Of a DNA stretch of 64,000 nt, positions 10,324 to 21,055 are shown one piece after another; the first letter of the stretch is position 1, and each line of letters starts with the position of its first letter. The notes under the pieces are model-generated. The model did not search any database. It saw only the letters and a list, made by a program, of their open reading frames with translations, and had not been told where the DNA came from. Both the position numbers and the translations under genes were made by a program. The DNA comes from an uncultured Bacilli bacterium (GTDB lineage: Bacteria; Bacillota_I; Bacilli_A; RF39; UBA660), in contig CAKOPW010000005.1 of the NCBI GenBank assembly GCA_934101115.1, forward strand, positions 18,697 to 82,696. The letters are read 5' to 3'.

Positions 10324-11442
10324 GTGAAGAACATGAAAATGGAATCACAAATACAACTTATTAATATGGAAGATATAATTCCCAATAGATTTCAACCAAG
10401 ACTTCGATTTTCTGAAGAAGGATTAGATGAACTTGCTGAATCTATAAAAGAACATGGAATTATTCAACCACTTGTTTTAAGAAGAGTTGGAAATAAATTT
10501 GAAATAATAGCTGGAGAGAGAAGATTTAAAGCATCAGAATTAGCTGGATTAACTGCAGTTCCTGCAATAATAACTGATTTAGATGATAATGAATCGGCTG
10601 AAGTAGCTATAATTGAAAATACACATAGAAGAAATTTATCAGCAATCGAAGAGGCTAGATCTTATAAAAAACTTTTAGATAGAAAATATGTAACTCAAGA
10701 TCAACTTGCCAAACGTTTAGGTACAAGTCAATCAACTTTAGCCAATAAAATTCGTCTTTTAAGCTTGGCTCCAGAAGTTCAAGATGCTTTGATGAATGAA
10801 AAGATAAGTGAAAGACATGCAAGAAGTTTGCTTAAAGTAACCGATAAACTAAAACAAGTTGAATTATTAAATAAAATCATTAATGAGAGATGGACAGTAA
10901 AAAGACTTGATGATGAAATTCAAGATATTTTATCCAGTTATCAAAACAACAAGAACATAACTGGTGAGGTTCATGCCAACAGCCAACTTGATGTTAATGT
11001 TAACAATATTTTAAACAATTCTACTGATATTGGTACATCTAATGAAGTAAACTACTCATATACAAATGATTTTAGTAATCAAACATCTGGAAAAAAATCT
11101 CTTTTCTTTAACAATTTAGAAAACGAATCTGTTAATATGAACCCTGAAGCATCAATTGGATTCAATCCATTTAAAACAAGTGGAGTTAGCACAAATCCTC
11201 TTTTGAGCGAATTAGACGTTATTGATATAGATGAAGATGAAGAAAATGAAACTAAACCTAAAGAAGAACAAAAAACTAAAGTATATGGTGAACCAATAGT
11301 TGAAACAACCGACGAAATTGAAAATGAATTAAAGAAAATTATTAATCTTGCTAATAAAAAAACTCAAAAGGTTAGATTTGAAGAATTTGATTTTGGAGAT
11401 ATGTATCAAATAGTTATTAAAGTAGACAAAAACGGCCATTAA
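10324..11442 (+). CDS. parB: ParB/Spo0J-family partition protein with long low-complexity C-terminal tail
   Basis: ParB N-terminal motifs IIPNRFQPR and GERRFKA, plus an HTH. No adjacent parA/soj ORF. Confidence 0.8.
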   Translation: MKNMKMESQIQLINMEDIIPNRFQPRLRFSEEGLDELAESIKEHGIIQPLVLRRVGNKFEIIAGERRFKASELAGLTAVPAIITDLDDNESAEVAIIENTHRRNLSAIEEARSYKKLLDRKYVTQDQLAKRLGTSQSTLANKIRLLSLAPEVQDALMNEKISERHARSLLKVTDKLKQVELLNKIINERWTVKRLDDEIQDILSSYQNNKNITGEVHANSQLDVNVNNILNNSTDIGTSNEVNYSYTNDFSNQTSGKKSLFFNNLENESVNMNPEASIGFNPFKTSGVSTNPLLSELDVIDIDEDEENETKPKEEQKTKVYGEPIVETTDEIENELKKIINLANKKTQKVRFEEFDFGDMYQIVIKVDKNGH

Positions 11443-11450
11443 GGTCGTTT

Positions 11451-13367
11451 TCATTTTATATAAGGAGTTTGAGTTCCATCAATAAAGTAAAATAATTCTT
11501 TAGATTTAGCATCATATTTTCCTGTTTTAGGATTCATCGGAATTGCGATAACATTTTCTGGTAAAGAATACCATTCATCATCTATTATATCTTCAGTAAA
11601 TGCATTAACGCTTCGAAGCCATATATCTTTTATTATTTTAGAATAAGCTTTAGGTGTATCTTCATTTTGATCATTTCCCGCCCAAAATATCGATAAAACA
11701 TTGTTGTTATAACCACTTATCCAGTAATCATTATCGGTAGTTCCGCTTTTTAAAGCATACTTTTGATTTAATTTTCCATTTAGATAAATAACGGTAGGTG
11801 AGTTATAATCAACATAATTATAGTTATATGTATTTCTCATCATTTCATTTAAAATATATAAAGCATCATCATTTAAAACTTTTTCTTCTTTATTTTTATG
11901 AATATATAGGACATTACCATCAACATCTTCAATCTTATTTATAAAATAAAGTTCTCTTTTGTAGCCATTGCTTGCAAGTGTTGTGTAAGCTGTTGCATAA
12001 TCTAACATATTGATTTCACTTGCACCTAAAGCAAGAGAAGGATTAGGAGCAAGAGTTTCTTTTAACCCACAAGTTTTTAAAGTATCAACTAAAGTATTTT
12101 CTCCTAAAAATAAATGTGTTTTAACTGCATAGATATTATCAGAATAAGCTAGTGCTAAAGCCATAGATATATCTTTATTCGCGTATTTATTTCCATAATT
12201 AGTTGGATTATAAACCTTATTTTCTTGAAATACAAAAGAAGTTTTTTCTGACTTAAAGGTTGATGCTTCCGTCATACCACTATTTAAAGCTGCATAATAT
12301 AGAAAAGGTTTTATCGTTGATCCAACTTGACGTTTTGATTTTAACACACGATTATATTGGCTTTTAGAATAATTTTTACCACCAGCTAAAGCAACCACCT
12401 TACCATTTCTTGGATTAACAACAATTCCAGCAACTTGATTATCATCATCAAGTGTTTTAGCTTCTATTTCCTCATCCATCGCCTTCTGAGTATCTAAATC
12501 TAAATTAGTATAGATTCTAATTCCTCCGGAATTTATTAATTTTTCTGGAATTGAAGTAATTTTAGAAAGTTCATCCATAACCGCATCTTGATAATACATT
12601 AGAGTATTTAGATTATTTGTACTCTTTTTTCCATATAAATTCAAGTTATCAAAATTAAGATTATTATATAAATCGTCTGTTATAGTACCGTTTTCTTTTA
12701 ACACACTTTTTACTACATTTACTCTTTTCATACAAGCTTCCATATTGGAAATAGGATTATAGTTATTTGGACTTTTAGGAATACCTGCTAAAATAATTGC
12801 TTCTTCATCTGTTAAATCATTAGGTTCTTTATTGAAATAATAGTTAGCTGCATTTTTTATTCCATAAACTCCTTCTCCAAAATAAATTGTATTTAAATAA
12901 CCCTCTAAAATTTCATCTTTAGAATAATGAGTTTCTAATTTTATTGTTAAAAAAGCTTCCTCAATTTTTCTTTCCCAGGTCTGATCAAAAGTTAAGTATA
13001 AGTTCTTTACATATTGCTGACTTATAGAAGAAGCTCCAGCCAGTATTTTTCCTGATTTTATATTAGTAAATAAAGTTTTTAAAATTCTTGGAACATCAAA
13101 TCCTAAATGATGATAAAAATGTTGATCCTCTATAGAAATAATATATTTTAAAAATTTAGGATCTATTTCTTTTAAAGATACCCAGGCACTTTTATTACTT
13201 CCTTGATAAACAACATTATCTTTATTATCATACAAGTAATAAGAATTAGCCGAATTTAAGGACATTGCTGGCATAAAATATGAATAAACATATATTCCAA
13301 TAATTATAACTAAAGTACTGATGAAAAGAAGAATAGATATTTTAAATAGGTTTTTTATATGTTTCAT
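11451..13367 (-). CDS. class A penicillin-binding protein (transglycosylase/transpeptidase)
   Basis: N-terminal TM. Glycosyltransferase motif EDQHFYHHLGFD and SISQQYVKN. Transpeptidase STIKP. Confidence 0.8.
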   Translation of the reverse strand: MKHIKNLFKISILLFISTLVIIIGIYVYSYFMPAMSLNSANSYYLYDNKDNVVYQGSNKSAWVSLKEIDPKFLKYIISIEDQHFYHHLGFDVPRILKTLFTNIKSGKILAGASSISQQYVKNLYLTFDQTWERKIEEAFLTIKLETHYSKDEILEGYLNTIYFGEGVYGIKNAANYYFNKEPNDLTDEEAIILAGIPKSPNNYNPISNMEACMKRVNVVKSVLKENGTITDDLYNNLNFDNLNLYGKKSTNNLNTLMYYQDAVMDELSKITSIPEKLINSGGIRIYTNLDLDTQKAMDEEIEAKTLDDDNQVAGIVVNPRNGKVVALAGGKNYSKSQYNRVLKSKRQVGSTIKPFLYYAALNSGMTEASTFKSEKTSFVFQENKVYNPTNYGNKYANKDISMALALAYSDNIYAVKTHLFLGENTLVDTLKTCGLKETLAPNPSLALGASEINMLDYATAYTTLASNGYKRELYFINKIEDVDGNVLYIHKNKEEKVLNDDALYILNEMMRNTYNYNYVDYNSPTVIYLNGKLNQKYALKSGTTDNDYWISGYNNNVLSIFWAGNDQNEDTPKAYSKIIKDIWLRSVNAFTEDIIDDEWYSLPENVIAIPMNPKTGKYDAKSKELFYFIDGTQTPYIK

Positions 13368-13439
13368 TTCATCACCTTTTATTATAATGAGACAAAATAA
13401 AAAAAATATGATAAAATATCGGCAAGTAAGGAAGATTTT

Positions 13440-13775
13440 ATGGAAAAACTAAAATTTGTTCTTCAAAGTGATGGAGTAGATGCCATTAATCGTGAAGTAA
13501 ATTATTATATAAAAGATAATGTAATTAAATTTAAAATAGATAAAACTTTATATGAATATGACTTAAATAAAGATGTACTTAAAAAAAGTGATGAAAGCTT
13601 GTTAACAATGGATTTTCAAAATCCTTTAATCATTGTAACTTTAAAAGAAAACAATTATAGCTTCGATATTCCTATAATTAATGTTTTAATTGAAAAAGAG
13701 GAGCACATAATAAAAATTAGTTATGATATAGAAGAGGATAAAATGACTAATAAACGTATAATTATAGAATATTAA
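13440..13775 (+). CDS. hypothetical protein (possibly DUF1934/YwiB-like)
   Basis: 111-aa ORF immediately upstream of rpoE. Assignment by context and size only. Confidence 0.35.
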   Translation: MEKLKFVLQSDGVDAINREVNYYIKDNVIKFKIDKTLYEYDLNKDVLKKSDESLLTMDFQNPLIIVTLKENNYSFDIPIINVLIEKEEHIIKISYDIEEDKMTNKRIIIEY

Positions 13776-13886
13776 TCATTTATATTGACAAGCAATAATT
13801 ATATGATAAAATTATTATTGTTTTAAGTATTAATGACAAATTATTTTATTCCTGCATATAATGCAAGTGAATATAAGGAGGAAAAT

Positions 13887-14318
13887 ATGAAAACAATAAA
13901 ATTAAGTGATGAAGAATTAGAAACTATGTCACACACTGATGTAGCATATATGATATTAAAAGAAAATGGAAGTAAAATGACTATTCAAGACTTATTTAAA
14001 TCAGTTATTGAATTAATGCATCTTCCTGAATCTTATTTTGAAAGTAAAATAGCTGACTTTTTTGGTCTTCTTACTACTGATAAAAGATTTATAATGTTAG
14101 AGAAAGGTTATTGGGATCTTTCAGATAATCATTCAAAGAAAGTAGTAATTGAATCTGACGATGACGATGAAGAAGTAGTTGCAGATGAAGAAGATGATGA
14201 ATGCTTAGATGAAGACGATGTTAACTATGATGAAGCAGTAGTTGACGACGATGATGAAGATGATGATTTAAAGGATTTAGTTATAATAGATGATGTAGAA
14301 GAAACAGAAGCAATGTAG
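13887..14318 (+). CDS. rpoE: DNA-directed RNA polymerase delta subunit
   Basis: N-terminal HARE-HTH-like region followed by a long Asp/Glu-rich acidic tail (DDDDEEVVADEEDDE...DDDDEDDD). Confidence 0.75.
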   Translation: MKTIKLSDEELETMSHTDVAYMILKENGSKMTIQDLFKSVIELMHLPESYFESKIADFFGLLTTDKRFIMLEKGYWDLSDNHSKKVVIESDDDDEEVVADEEDDECLDEDDVNYDEAVVDDDDEDDDLKDLVIIDDVEETEAM

Positions 14319-14336
14319 AAAAATTTAGGTGGGTAT

Positions 14337-15392
14337 ATGATAGATAGATTAAATATAATAGTTAGTAGATATAATGAAATTCAAGAAGAGTTATTAAAGC
14401 CTGAAATACTAGGAGATTACTCTAAAATGAAAACATTATCTAAAGAAAAAAGTGATCTTGAAGAAATCGTAAAAAAATATGACGAATATAAAGAAACACA
14501 AAAAAGAATAGATGATGCAAAAGCATTAATAAATGATCCAGAGATGCATGATTTAGCTGAAATGGAATTAGATGAAGCAACTGAAAGTTTAAAAACTATC
14601 ACTCACGAACTAGAAATCCTTTTAATTCCTAAAGATGAAAATGATGGAAAGAATATTATTATGGAAATTCGTGGAGCTGCTGGTGGAGACGAAGCTAATA
14701 TATTTGCCGGAGATTTATTTAGAATGTATTCTAGATATGCTGAAAAACAAGGCTGGAAAATTGAAGTAACAAATGAAGTTGAAGGTACAGCTGGAGGATA
14801 CTCACAAATTGAATTTATGATTAAAGGTGAAAATGTTTATTCCAAGTTAAAATTTGAAAGTGGTTCTCACCGTGTTCAAAGAGTTCCTGAAACGGAATCA
14901 CAAGGAAGAATTCAAACATCAACAGCTACTGTTGCTGTAATGCCAGAAGCTGAAGAATTTGATTATGAATTGGATATGAATGAAATTAGAATTGATATAA
15001 CTCGTTCAAGCGGATGTGGTGGACAAGGAGTAAATACTACTGACTCTGCCGTTAGACTTACACATATTCCAACAGGTATAATTGTTTATAGCCAAACAGA
15101 GAGAAGTCAAATCAGAAATAAAGAAAAAGCTATACAAATTATGAAGACTCGTTTATATGATTTAAAACTTCGTGAAAAAGAAGAAGCTGAAGGACAAGAT
15201 AGAAGAAATAAAATTGGAACTGGGGATCGTTCTGAAAAGATAAGAACATATAATTATCCACAAAATCGTGTAACTGATCATAGAATAGGTTTTTCTGTTA
15301 TGAATCTTGATCGTGTAATGGACGGAGACTTAGATGCCATAATCGATGCTTTAATAACTGAAGATCAAAGAAGAAAACTAGAAAATAATTAA
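14337..15392 (+). CDS. prfA: peptide chain release factor 1
   Basis: GGQ motif SGCGGQGVNTTDSAVRLTHIPTG. RF1-type tripeptide region RVQRVPETESQGR. Confidence 0.93.
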   Translation: MIDRLNIIVSRYNEIQEELLKPEILGDYSKMKTLSKEKSDLEEIVKKYDEYKETQKRIDDAKALINDPEMHDLAEMELDEATESLKTITHELEILLIPKDENDGKNIIMEIRGAAGGDEANIFAGDLFRMYSRYAEKQGWKIEVTNEVEGTAGGYSQIEFMIKGENVYSKLKFESGSHRVQRVPETESQGRIQTSTATVAVMPEAEEFDYELDMNEIRIDITRSSGCGGQGVNTTDSAVRLTHIPTGIIVYSQTERSQIRNKEKAIQIMKTRLYDLKLREKEEAEGQDRRNKIGTGDRSEKIRTYNYPQNRVTDHRIGFSVMNLDRVMDGDLDAIIDALITEDQRRKLENN

Positions 15393-15397
15393 TTTTA

Positions 15398-16210
15398 TTG
15401 GGACTGATAACTTTGAAAATAAGTGAATATAAAAAATTAAAAGCGAATGAAATAAGTTCAACGTTGTTAAATACACTTATTTCAGCACATTTTTATAAAA
15501 AAGATGATAACTATGAATTAACAGAAGAAGATATAACTCTTTTAAATAGCAAAATAGAAGAAATAAAAAGCGGAAAACCAATACAGTATGTTATTGGAAA
15601 TGTTGATTTTTATGGTTATATTTTTGATGTTAATGAAAACGTTTTAATTCCACGATTTGAAACTGAAACATTAGTTGAAAAAACAATTAACTATATAAAA
15701 AAGTATTTTAATAGAAAAGTGGATATAGTAGATTTAGGAACTGGTTCAGGGTGTATTGCAATTACTTTAAAGAAAAAAATTGATTGTAATGTTGATGCCG
15801 TTGATATTTCTTCCTCTGCTTTAAAGGTGGCTAAGTCAAATGCCAACAAAAATAATGTTGATATCAATTTTATTGAAGGAGATATGTTAAAGCCTTTAAA
15901 CAAAAAATATGATGTGATCATTTCAAATCCACCATACATTGATCCAGAAGAAGAAATTATGGACATTGTTAAAAATAATGAACCTAGTTTAGCATTGTTT
16001 GCTTTAGATCATGGAACATATTACTACAAGGAAATAATAAAAAATGCTAAAAAATATTTAAATGAAAGCTTTATAATTGCTTTTGAAATTGGATATAAAC
16101 AAGGTGAAGAACTCCAAATGTTTGCCAAAGAATATTTTTCAGATGCGATTATTTCCGTAGAAAAAGATTTATCAGAAAAAAATAGATATTTATTCATTAT
16201 AAGTGAATAA
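15398..16210 (+). CDS. prmC: release factor glutamine N5-methyltransferase
   Basis: DLGTGSGCIAI SAM motif and catalytic NPPY (ISNPPYI). Follows prfA. Confidence 0.9.
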   Translation: MGLITLKISEYKKLKANEISSTLLNTLISAHFYKKDDNYELTEEDITLLNSKIEEIKSGKPIQYVIGNVDFYGYIFDVNENVLIPRFETETLVEKTINYIKKYFNRKVDIVDLGTGSGCIAITLKKKIDCNVDAVDISSSALKVAKSNANKNNVDINFIEGDMLKPLNKKYDVIISNPPYIDPEEEIMDIVKNNEPSLALFALDHGTYYYKEIIKNAKKYLNESFIIAFEIGYKQGEELQMFAKEYFSDAIISVEKDLSEKNRYLFIISE

Positions 16211-16243
16211 ATTTTTTTATTTTACCTCATATAGATAGTAGAG

Positions 16244-16780
16244 GTGGAAATAATGAAGAAAATATTAATTATAGTAGCTGTATTCATGATTTTAATTGTA
16301 AATAATAAATCAAAGGACGAATTAATAATACCAGATGCATCAATACGCTTTAGAGTTATAGCTAATAGCAACACTTTAGAGGACATAAGTGAAAAAAATA
16401 AATTGAGTAATTATTTAGATTCTAAAATATTTGAATTTATTAAAAATAGTAGTTCAGTAACAGAAGCTAAACAAACATTAACTGCAAATAAGACTAAAAT
16501 ATCATCAATTATCGATGAATATTTATTGAATAACAGGATAGATTATGGATATGACTTATCAATTGGAGAAAATTATTTTCCAACAAAATATTATAAAGGA
16601 GTAAAATATAATGCCGGATATTATGATTCTGTTGTAGTAAAATTAGGAGAATCAAGTGGAATGAATTGGTGGTGTGTAATTTATCCTCCTCTTTGCTTAA
16701 TAGATGAAGAAAACAATGAAGATATTGAATATACATCTTTAATAAAAGAAGTAATGGAAAAGTACAAAAATCGTTTATAA
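16244..16780 (+). CDS. spoIIR: stage II sporulation protein R-like
   Basis: Signal/TM N-terminus, IRFRVIANSNTLEDI and NWWCVIYPPLC motifs characteristic of the SpoIIR family. Confidence 0.65.
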   Translation: MEIMKKILIIVAVFMILIVNNKSKDELIIPDASIRFRVIANSNTLEDISEKNKLSNYLDSKIFEFIKNSSSVTEAKQTLTANKTKISSIIDEYLLNNRIDYGYDLSIGENYFPTKYYKGVKYNAGYYDSVVVKLGESSGMNWWCVIYPPLCLIDEENNEDIEYTSLIKEVMEKYKNRL

Positions 16781-16865
16781 TTGACAAATTCATTCATCAT
16801 ATTCGTCTTGAATAATAAATATATTAATAATATAATTATATTAAGATGAAATTAGGTGAAAAATA

Positions 16866-18119
16866 TTGAAAAAATTAGTTATCGAAGGTTGTAAAGATAT
16901 AAGTGGCACAATAAAAATAAGCGGAGCAAAAAATTCGATAGTTGCTCTTATCCCTGCAAGTATACTAACCAATGGAAAATGTGTTATCACAAATGTTCCA
17001 GATATATCTGATGTTAGAATACTTATTGATATGATGAAAGAATTAGGCTCAATTATTACATTTGAAAATGAAACTATCACGATTGATAACTGTAAAGTTC
17101 AAAACAAAAAAATAACTGAAGAATACGCTAGTAAGTTACGTGCTTCTTATTACTTTATGGGTTCTTTAATAGGAAAATACCATGAAGCTGAAATTGCTTA
17201 TCCTGGAGGATGTGTCATTGGGTCAAGGCCAATTAATTACCATATAGAATCTTTTAAGAAGATGGGAATAAATGTTAAAAATGTTGACGATCATTACATA
17301 ATGAAAACAGATGAATTAAAAGGCAATGAATTTTATTTTGACTTTCCATCAGTTGGAGCAACCATAAATATAATGTTAGCAGCAGTATTAGCAAAAGGTA
17401 AAACAATTATTTATAATGCTGCTAAGGAACCTGAAATCGCAAATGTTGCCTCATTCTTAAATTCTATGGGTGCAAAAGTATTTGGTGCTGGAACATCAAC
17501 AATTGAAATAACTGGAGTAGAAGAATTGCATGATGGTTTTGTCGAGGTTATACCTGATAGAATAGAAGCTGGAACATATATCATGATTGGTGCTTTAATT
17601 GGTAATAATTTAAAAATAGAGAATATAATTGAAAAACATCTAGAGTCATTGCTTTATAAATTAAAAGAGGCAGGAGTAAAATACGAAATAAAGGATAATT
17701 CAATCACATTATCAAGAGTAGAACATTTAAAACCGGTTAATATAAAAACAACGGTTTATCCAGGTTTTCCAACAGATTTAGGTCAACCAATGTCAACATT
17801 CTTAACTCAATGTGAAGGTGAGTCTTTATTTGAAGAAACAATCTATGAGAATAGATTAAGACACGTACCACATTTAAATTCTATGGGAGCTAAAATTCAG
17901 GCCTTTGATAAGAAAGCTATTATTTCTGGTAAGACACCACTTATAGGTCGAAAGGTAAAAGCAACAGATTTACGTGCAGGAGCAAGTATGTTAGTTGCTG
18001 GACTTATTGCTGATGGAACAACCGAAATTCAAAATATCGAACATCTTTTAAGAGGGTACGAAAGAATCGTTGAAAAACTTGAAAGTGTTGGTGTAAACAT
18101 AAAGCTCATAGATGAGTAA
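16866..18119 (+). CDS. murA: UDP-N-acetylglucosamine 1-carboxyvinyltransferase
   Basis: 417 aa with an apparent TTG start. ISGAKNS N-terminal motif and EPSP/MurA fold features. Confidence 0.92.
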   Translation: MKKLVIEGCKDISGTIKISGAKNSIVALIPASILTNGKCVITNVPDISDVRILIDMMKELGSIITFENETITIDNCKVQNKKITEEYASKLRASYYFMGSLIGKYHEAEIAYPGGCVIGSRPINYHIESFKKMGINVKNVDDHYIMKTDELKGNEFYFDFPSVGATINIMLAAVLAKGKTIIYNAAKEPEIANVASFLNSMGAKVFGAGTSTIEITGVEELHDGFVEVIPDRIEAGTYIMIGALIGNNLKIENIIEKHLESLLYKLKEAGVKYEIKDNSITLSRVEHLKPVNIKTTVYPGFPTDLGQPMSTFLTQCEGESLFEETIYENRLRHVPHLNSMGAKIQAFDKKAIISGKTPLIGRKVKATDLRAGASMLVAGLIADGTTEIQNIEHLLRGYERIVEKLESVGVNIKLIDE

Positions 18120-18209
18120 AAAATAGTTGAAAATTATTTCATTTATGTTATACTATTAACTAGTGAATTTCTATAACTATGTTTTAGTTATGGCGGAAGG
18201 AGGATTTAA

Positions 18210-18416
18210 ATGAAAGCAAATTTGCATCCAAAACAAGTTAAATGTACTTTTAAATGTGCATGTGGAGCTACATTTGAAGCAATGAGTAACAAAGAAGAAC
18301 AATTACTAGAAGTATGTTCTGAATGTCATCCATTCTATACAGGAGCTCAAGGAAATCGTAAAAGAAAAGGTAAAATTGAACAATTTAACAAAAAATATAA
18401 TATTAATAAAGATTAA
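18210..18416 (+). CDS. rpmE: 50S ribosomal protein L31
   Basis: MKANLHPK... with zinc-ribbon cysteines CxxC...CSECHPFYTG. Confidence 0.9.
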   Translation: MKANLHPKQVKCTFKCACGATFEAMSNKEEQLLEVCSECHPFYTGAQGNRKRKGKIEQFNKKYNINKD

Positions 18417-18427
18417 TTGTAAAGAAT

Positions 18428-18453
18428 TAGACACTTATGTGTCTATTTTTTTA
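18428..18453 (+). terminator. rho-independent terminator after rpmE
   Basis: tagacacttatgtgtcta followed by tttttttt. Confidence 0.6.
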
Positions 18454-18475
18454 TTGTATGGTAAAATATGGATAG

Positions 18476-19480
18476 GTGATTATTTTGAGTAAAGTAACAT
18501 ATTTAATTAAAAGAATAAGAAAAATGAACTTTGGTAATATGTTTAAAACAATAGATATGGTTCATGAAAAAAATCATAAGTTTAAACCTTTTATCTTTTT
18601 TGATGTTGTTTGGTGTGGTTTAAAGTATCAAGCTGGTTATGTAGATTATTATCAATTTGAGATGTATAAAATGAATGGTAAAGAAAGAAAAACGATTATT
18701 ACTAGAGGAATCAACAATGCCATTTGTAAAAAATATAATGATCCATCATCAATCTATAAATTTGAGGATAAATGTGTATTTAATGAAATATTTAATGAAT
18801 ACTTAAATCGTGATTGGTTAAAACTAACAGGAGATAATCTAAATGAATTTAAAAAGTTCATAAGGAAACACTCAACTATCATTGTAAAACCTGTTGGGCT
18901 ATCTTGTGGTAAAGGTGTCGAAAAAATCGATACTACTAAGTTCAGTGCTGAAGAATTATACAATAATTTATTGAAAAATAATCAAATATTAGTGGAAGAA
19001 GTAGCTAAGCAAAACAAAGTTTTAAATGATTTATATCCGCTTTCAGTTAACACTTTAAGAGTGGTAACATTAAATAAGAAAGTAGTTACCGCATACCTTA
19101 GAATTGGAAATGCTGGTAATGTAGTAGATAACTTCAATCATGGTGGAATGGTTACTGCAGTTGATGTAGAAACTGGTGTAATAAACTATCAAGCTATCGA
19201 TAAAAGTAAAAATGTTTTTTCGGTTCATCCATACACTAATAAGAAAATAGTTGGAGTAAAAATACCAATGTGGGAAAACGTAAAAAAGCTATGTGTAGAT
19301 GCTTGTGAAAAAGTTCCTGAAGTAGGATATATAGCTTGGGATGTTTGCTTAGGAGAGGATAAACCATGTTTAATAGAAGGAAATGATTTTCCAGGACACG
19401 ATTTATACCAACTACCAGTTCACAGAGATGGTAATATAGGACTATTACCAGTATTTAAAAAAGCAATGGAGGAAAAATAA
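18476..19480 (+). CDS. ATP-grasp domain protein (sugar-transfer-associated TupA-like)
   Basis: ATP-grasp-like STIIVKPVGLSCGKGV. The true start may be the internal Met (MNFGNMF). Confidence 0.45.
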   Translation: MIILSKVTYLIKRIRKMNFGNMFKTIDMVHEKNHKFKPFIFFDVVWCGLKYQAGYVDYYQFEMYKMNGKERKTIITRGINNAICKKYNDPSSIYKFEDKCVFNEIFNEYLNRDWLKLTGDNLNEFKKFIRKHSTIIVKPVGLSCGKGVEKIDTTKFSAEELYNNLLKNNQILVEEVAKQNKVLNDLYPLSVNTLRVVTLNKKVVTAYLRIGNAGNVVDNFNHGGMVTAVDVETGVINYQAIDKSKNVFSVHPYTNKKIVGVKIPMWENVKKLCVDACEKVPEVGYIAWDVCLGEDKPCLIEGNDFPGHDLYQLPVHRDGNIGLLPVFKKAMEEK

Positions 19481-19920
19481 TGAAAATAGGAATTGCCACA
19501 GATCATAATGGAGTAAATGAAAAAAAAGTAATAATTGATCACTTAAAAAGTTTTGGAATAGATGTTGTTGATTATAGTAAAGAAAATTATCCAACTGATG
19601 ACTATCCCGTTTTTGCTTTTAAAGTAGCAAATGCTGTTAAAGATAAAGAAGTTGATTTAGGTATTTTATTATGTGGAACAGGAATAGGTATGAGTATTGC
19701 TGCCAATAAAATACATGGAATTCGTTGTGCCAGAGTTTGCTCTGTAAGTGATGCCCATTTAGCAAAATTTCATAACAATGCCAACATAATTGCAATGAGT
19801 TATAAAGAACCAATGGCAAACATCTTGGATATGATAGATGAATTTATAAAAACAGACTTTGCCGGAGAAGAAAGACATGTTAGAAGAATAAAAATGATTG
19901 AGGATATTGATCATGACTAA
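19480..19920 (+). CDS. rpiB: ribose-5-phosphate isomerase B
   Basis: MKIGIATDHNG and LLCGTGIGMSIAANK motifs typical of RpiB/LacAB. Confidence 0.9.
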   Translation: MKIGIATDHNGVNEKKVIIDHLKSFGIDVVDYSKENYPTDDYPVFAFKVANAVKDKEVDLGILLCGTGIGMSIAANKIHGIRCARVCSVSDAHLAKFHNNANIIAMSYKEPMANILDMIDEFIKTDFAGEERHVRRIKMIEDIDHD

Positions 19921-20104
19921 ACTAATGCTTTATGCCATTTCTATTCTTGCATCAACTTTTGCAGTATCAGGAATTAACTTTGATCCACTAATAAAAAAGA
20001 ACCATATTTGGGAAGCAAGATTTTTGTCGATCATTTTTATTCTATGTTTAAGTTATATTTTAGCATCTTTTTTATATGATTTAATGAGTATATCAATTAT
20101 ATAG
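19898..20104 (+). CDS. small hydrophobic protein
   Basis: 68 aa with two predicted TM segments. Overlaps the rpiB end. Confidence 0.3.
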   Translation: MRILIMTKLMLYAISILASTFAVSGINFDPLIKKNHIWEARFLSIIFILCLSYILASFLYDLMSISII

Positions 20105-20108
20105 GAGG

Positions 20109-21020
20109 ATGCTTATGAAAATATTAACTTATTCGTCAGTACCAATCTTAGTAGTATATCTAGGGTTGTTTTTTTATAATTACAATGCTTCATTTAAAAA
20201 AGATGATTTCTTTGAAAGTATGCCAAAATTAGAAGAAAAAGTAAAAGACACAGAAAAAACTCCAGTAGTAGATGAAACATTAGAAAACTATATCATTGGT
20301 GTAGTTTCTTGTGAAATGCCAGCATCTTTTAATATCGAAGCTTTAAAAGCCCAAGCAGTTGCTGCAAGAACATTTGCTTATTATAAAATAAATAAAGAGA
20401 ATTTTAATGAGGCAAATCTAACAACAGCAACCGATCAATGCTATATCGATGAAAATGCAATGAAAGAAAAATGGGGAGATACTTATGATAAGTATAAAGA
20501 AATAGTTGCATCAGCTGTAAAAGCTACTGAAGGAGAAATCATAAAGAAAAACAACGAGTTGTTTAAAACATATTACTTTTCAACATCAAATGGCTATACA
20601 GAAGATGCTTTAACTGTATTTAAAAATAATGATATTACATCAGTTTCTTCTCCATGGGATAAAGATACAAGTGGATATAAAAAAGTAACAACATTTACTA
20701 AAGAAGAGTTAACTCAAAAACTAGGATCATTTAATACAATAACTATTCAAAAAAGAAATAAAACTAATCATGTTGAACAAGTTTCTGTTGATTCTAAAAC
20801 CTATACTGGTATCGAATTCAGAAAGCTACTTGGCTTAAGAAGTACTGATTTCACGATTGAATTTAGTGAAGATAAGATAAATATAACTACATATGGTTAT
20901 GGACATGGAGTTGGTATGAGTCAAACTGGAGCCAATGAACTTGCCAAACAAAATAAAGATTATAAGTATATTTTAAGTTATTATTATAATACTCAAGAAT
21001 TTTCCAATATTTATGTATAA
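20109..21020 (+). CDS. spoIID: SpoIID/LytB-domain protein
   Basis: ALKAQAVAARTFAYYK motif of the SpoIID family. N-terminal TM. Confidence 0.8.
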   Translation: MLMKILTYSSVPILVVYLGLFFYNYNASFKKDDFFESMPKLEEKVKDTEKTPVVDETLENYIIGVVSCEMPASFNIEALKAQAVAARTFAYYKINKENFNEANLTTATDQCYIDENAMKEKWGDTYDKYKEIVASAVKATEGEIIKKNNELFKTYYFSTSNGYTEDALTVFKNNDITSVSSPWDKDTSGYKKVTTFTKEELTQKLGSFNTITIQKRNKTNHVEQVSVDSKTYTGIEFRKLLGLRSTDFTIEFSEDKINITTYGYGHGVGMSQTGANELAKQNKDYKYILSYYYNTQEFSNIYV

Positions 21021-21055
21021 TTTTTAAATATTCGCGAACACTTTCTATTAGGAAG

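Noticed and set aside
14417-16793. Small antisense ORFs (14417..14602, 15691..15966, 16509..16793, 16841..17080) within prfA, prmC, spoIIR and murA
   Set aside because: All are antisense to strongly supported genes and have no RBS or motif.
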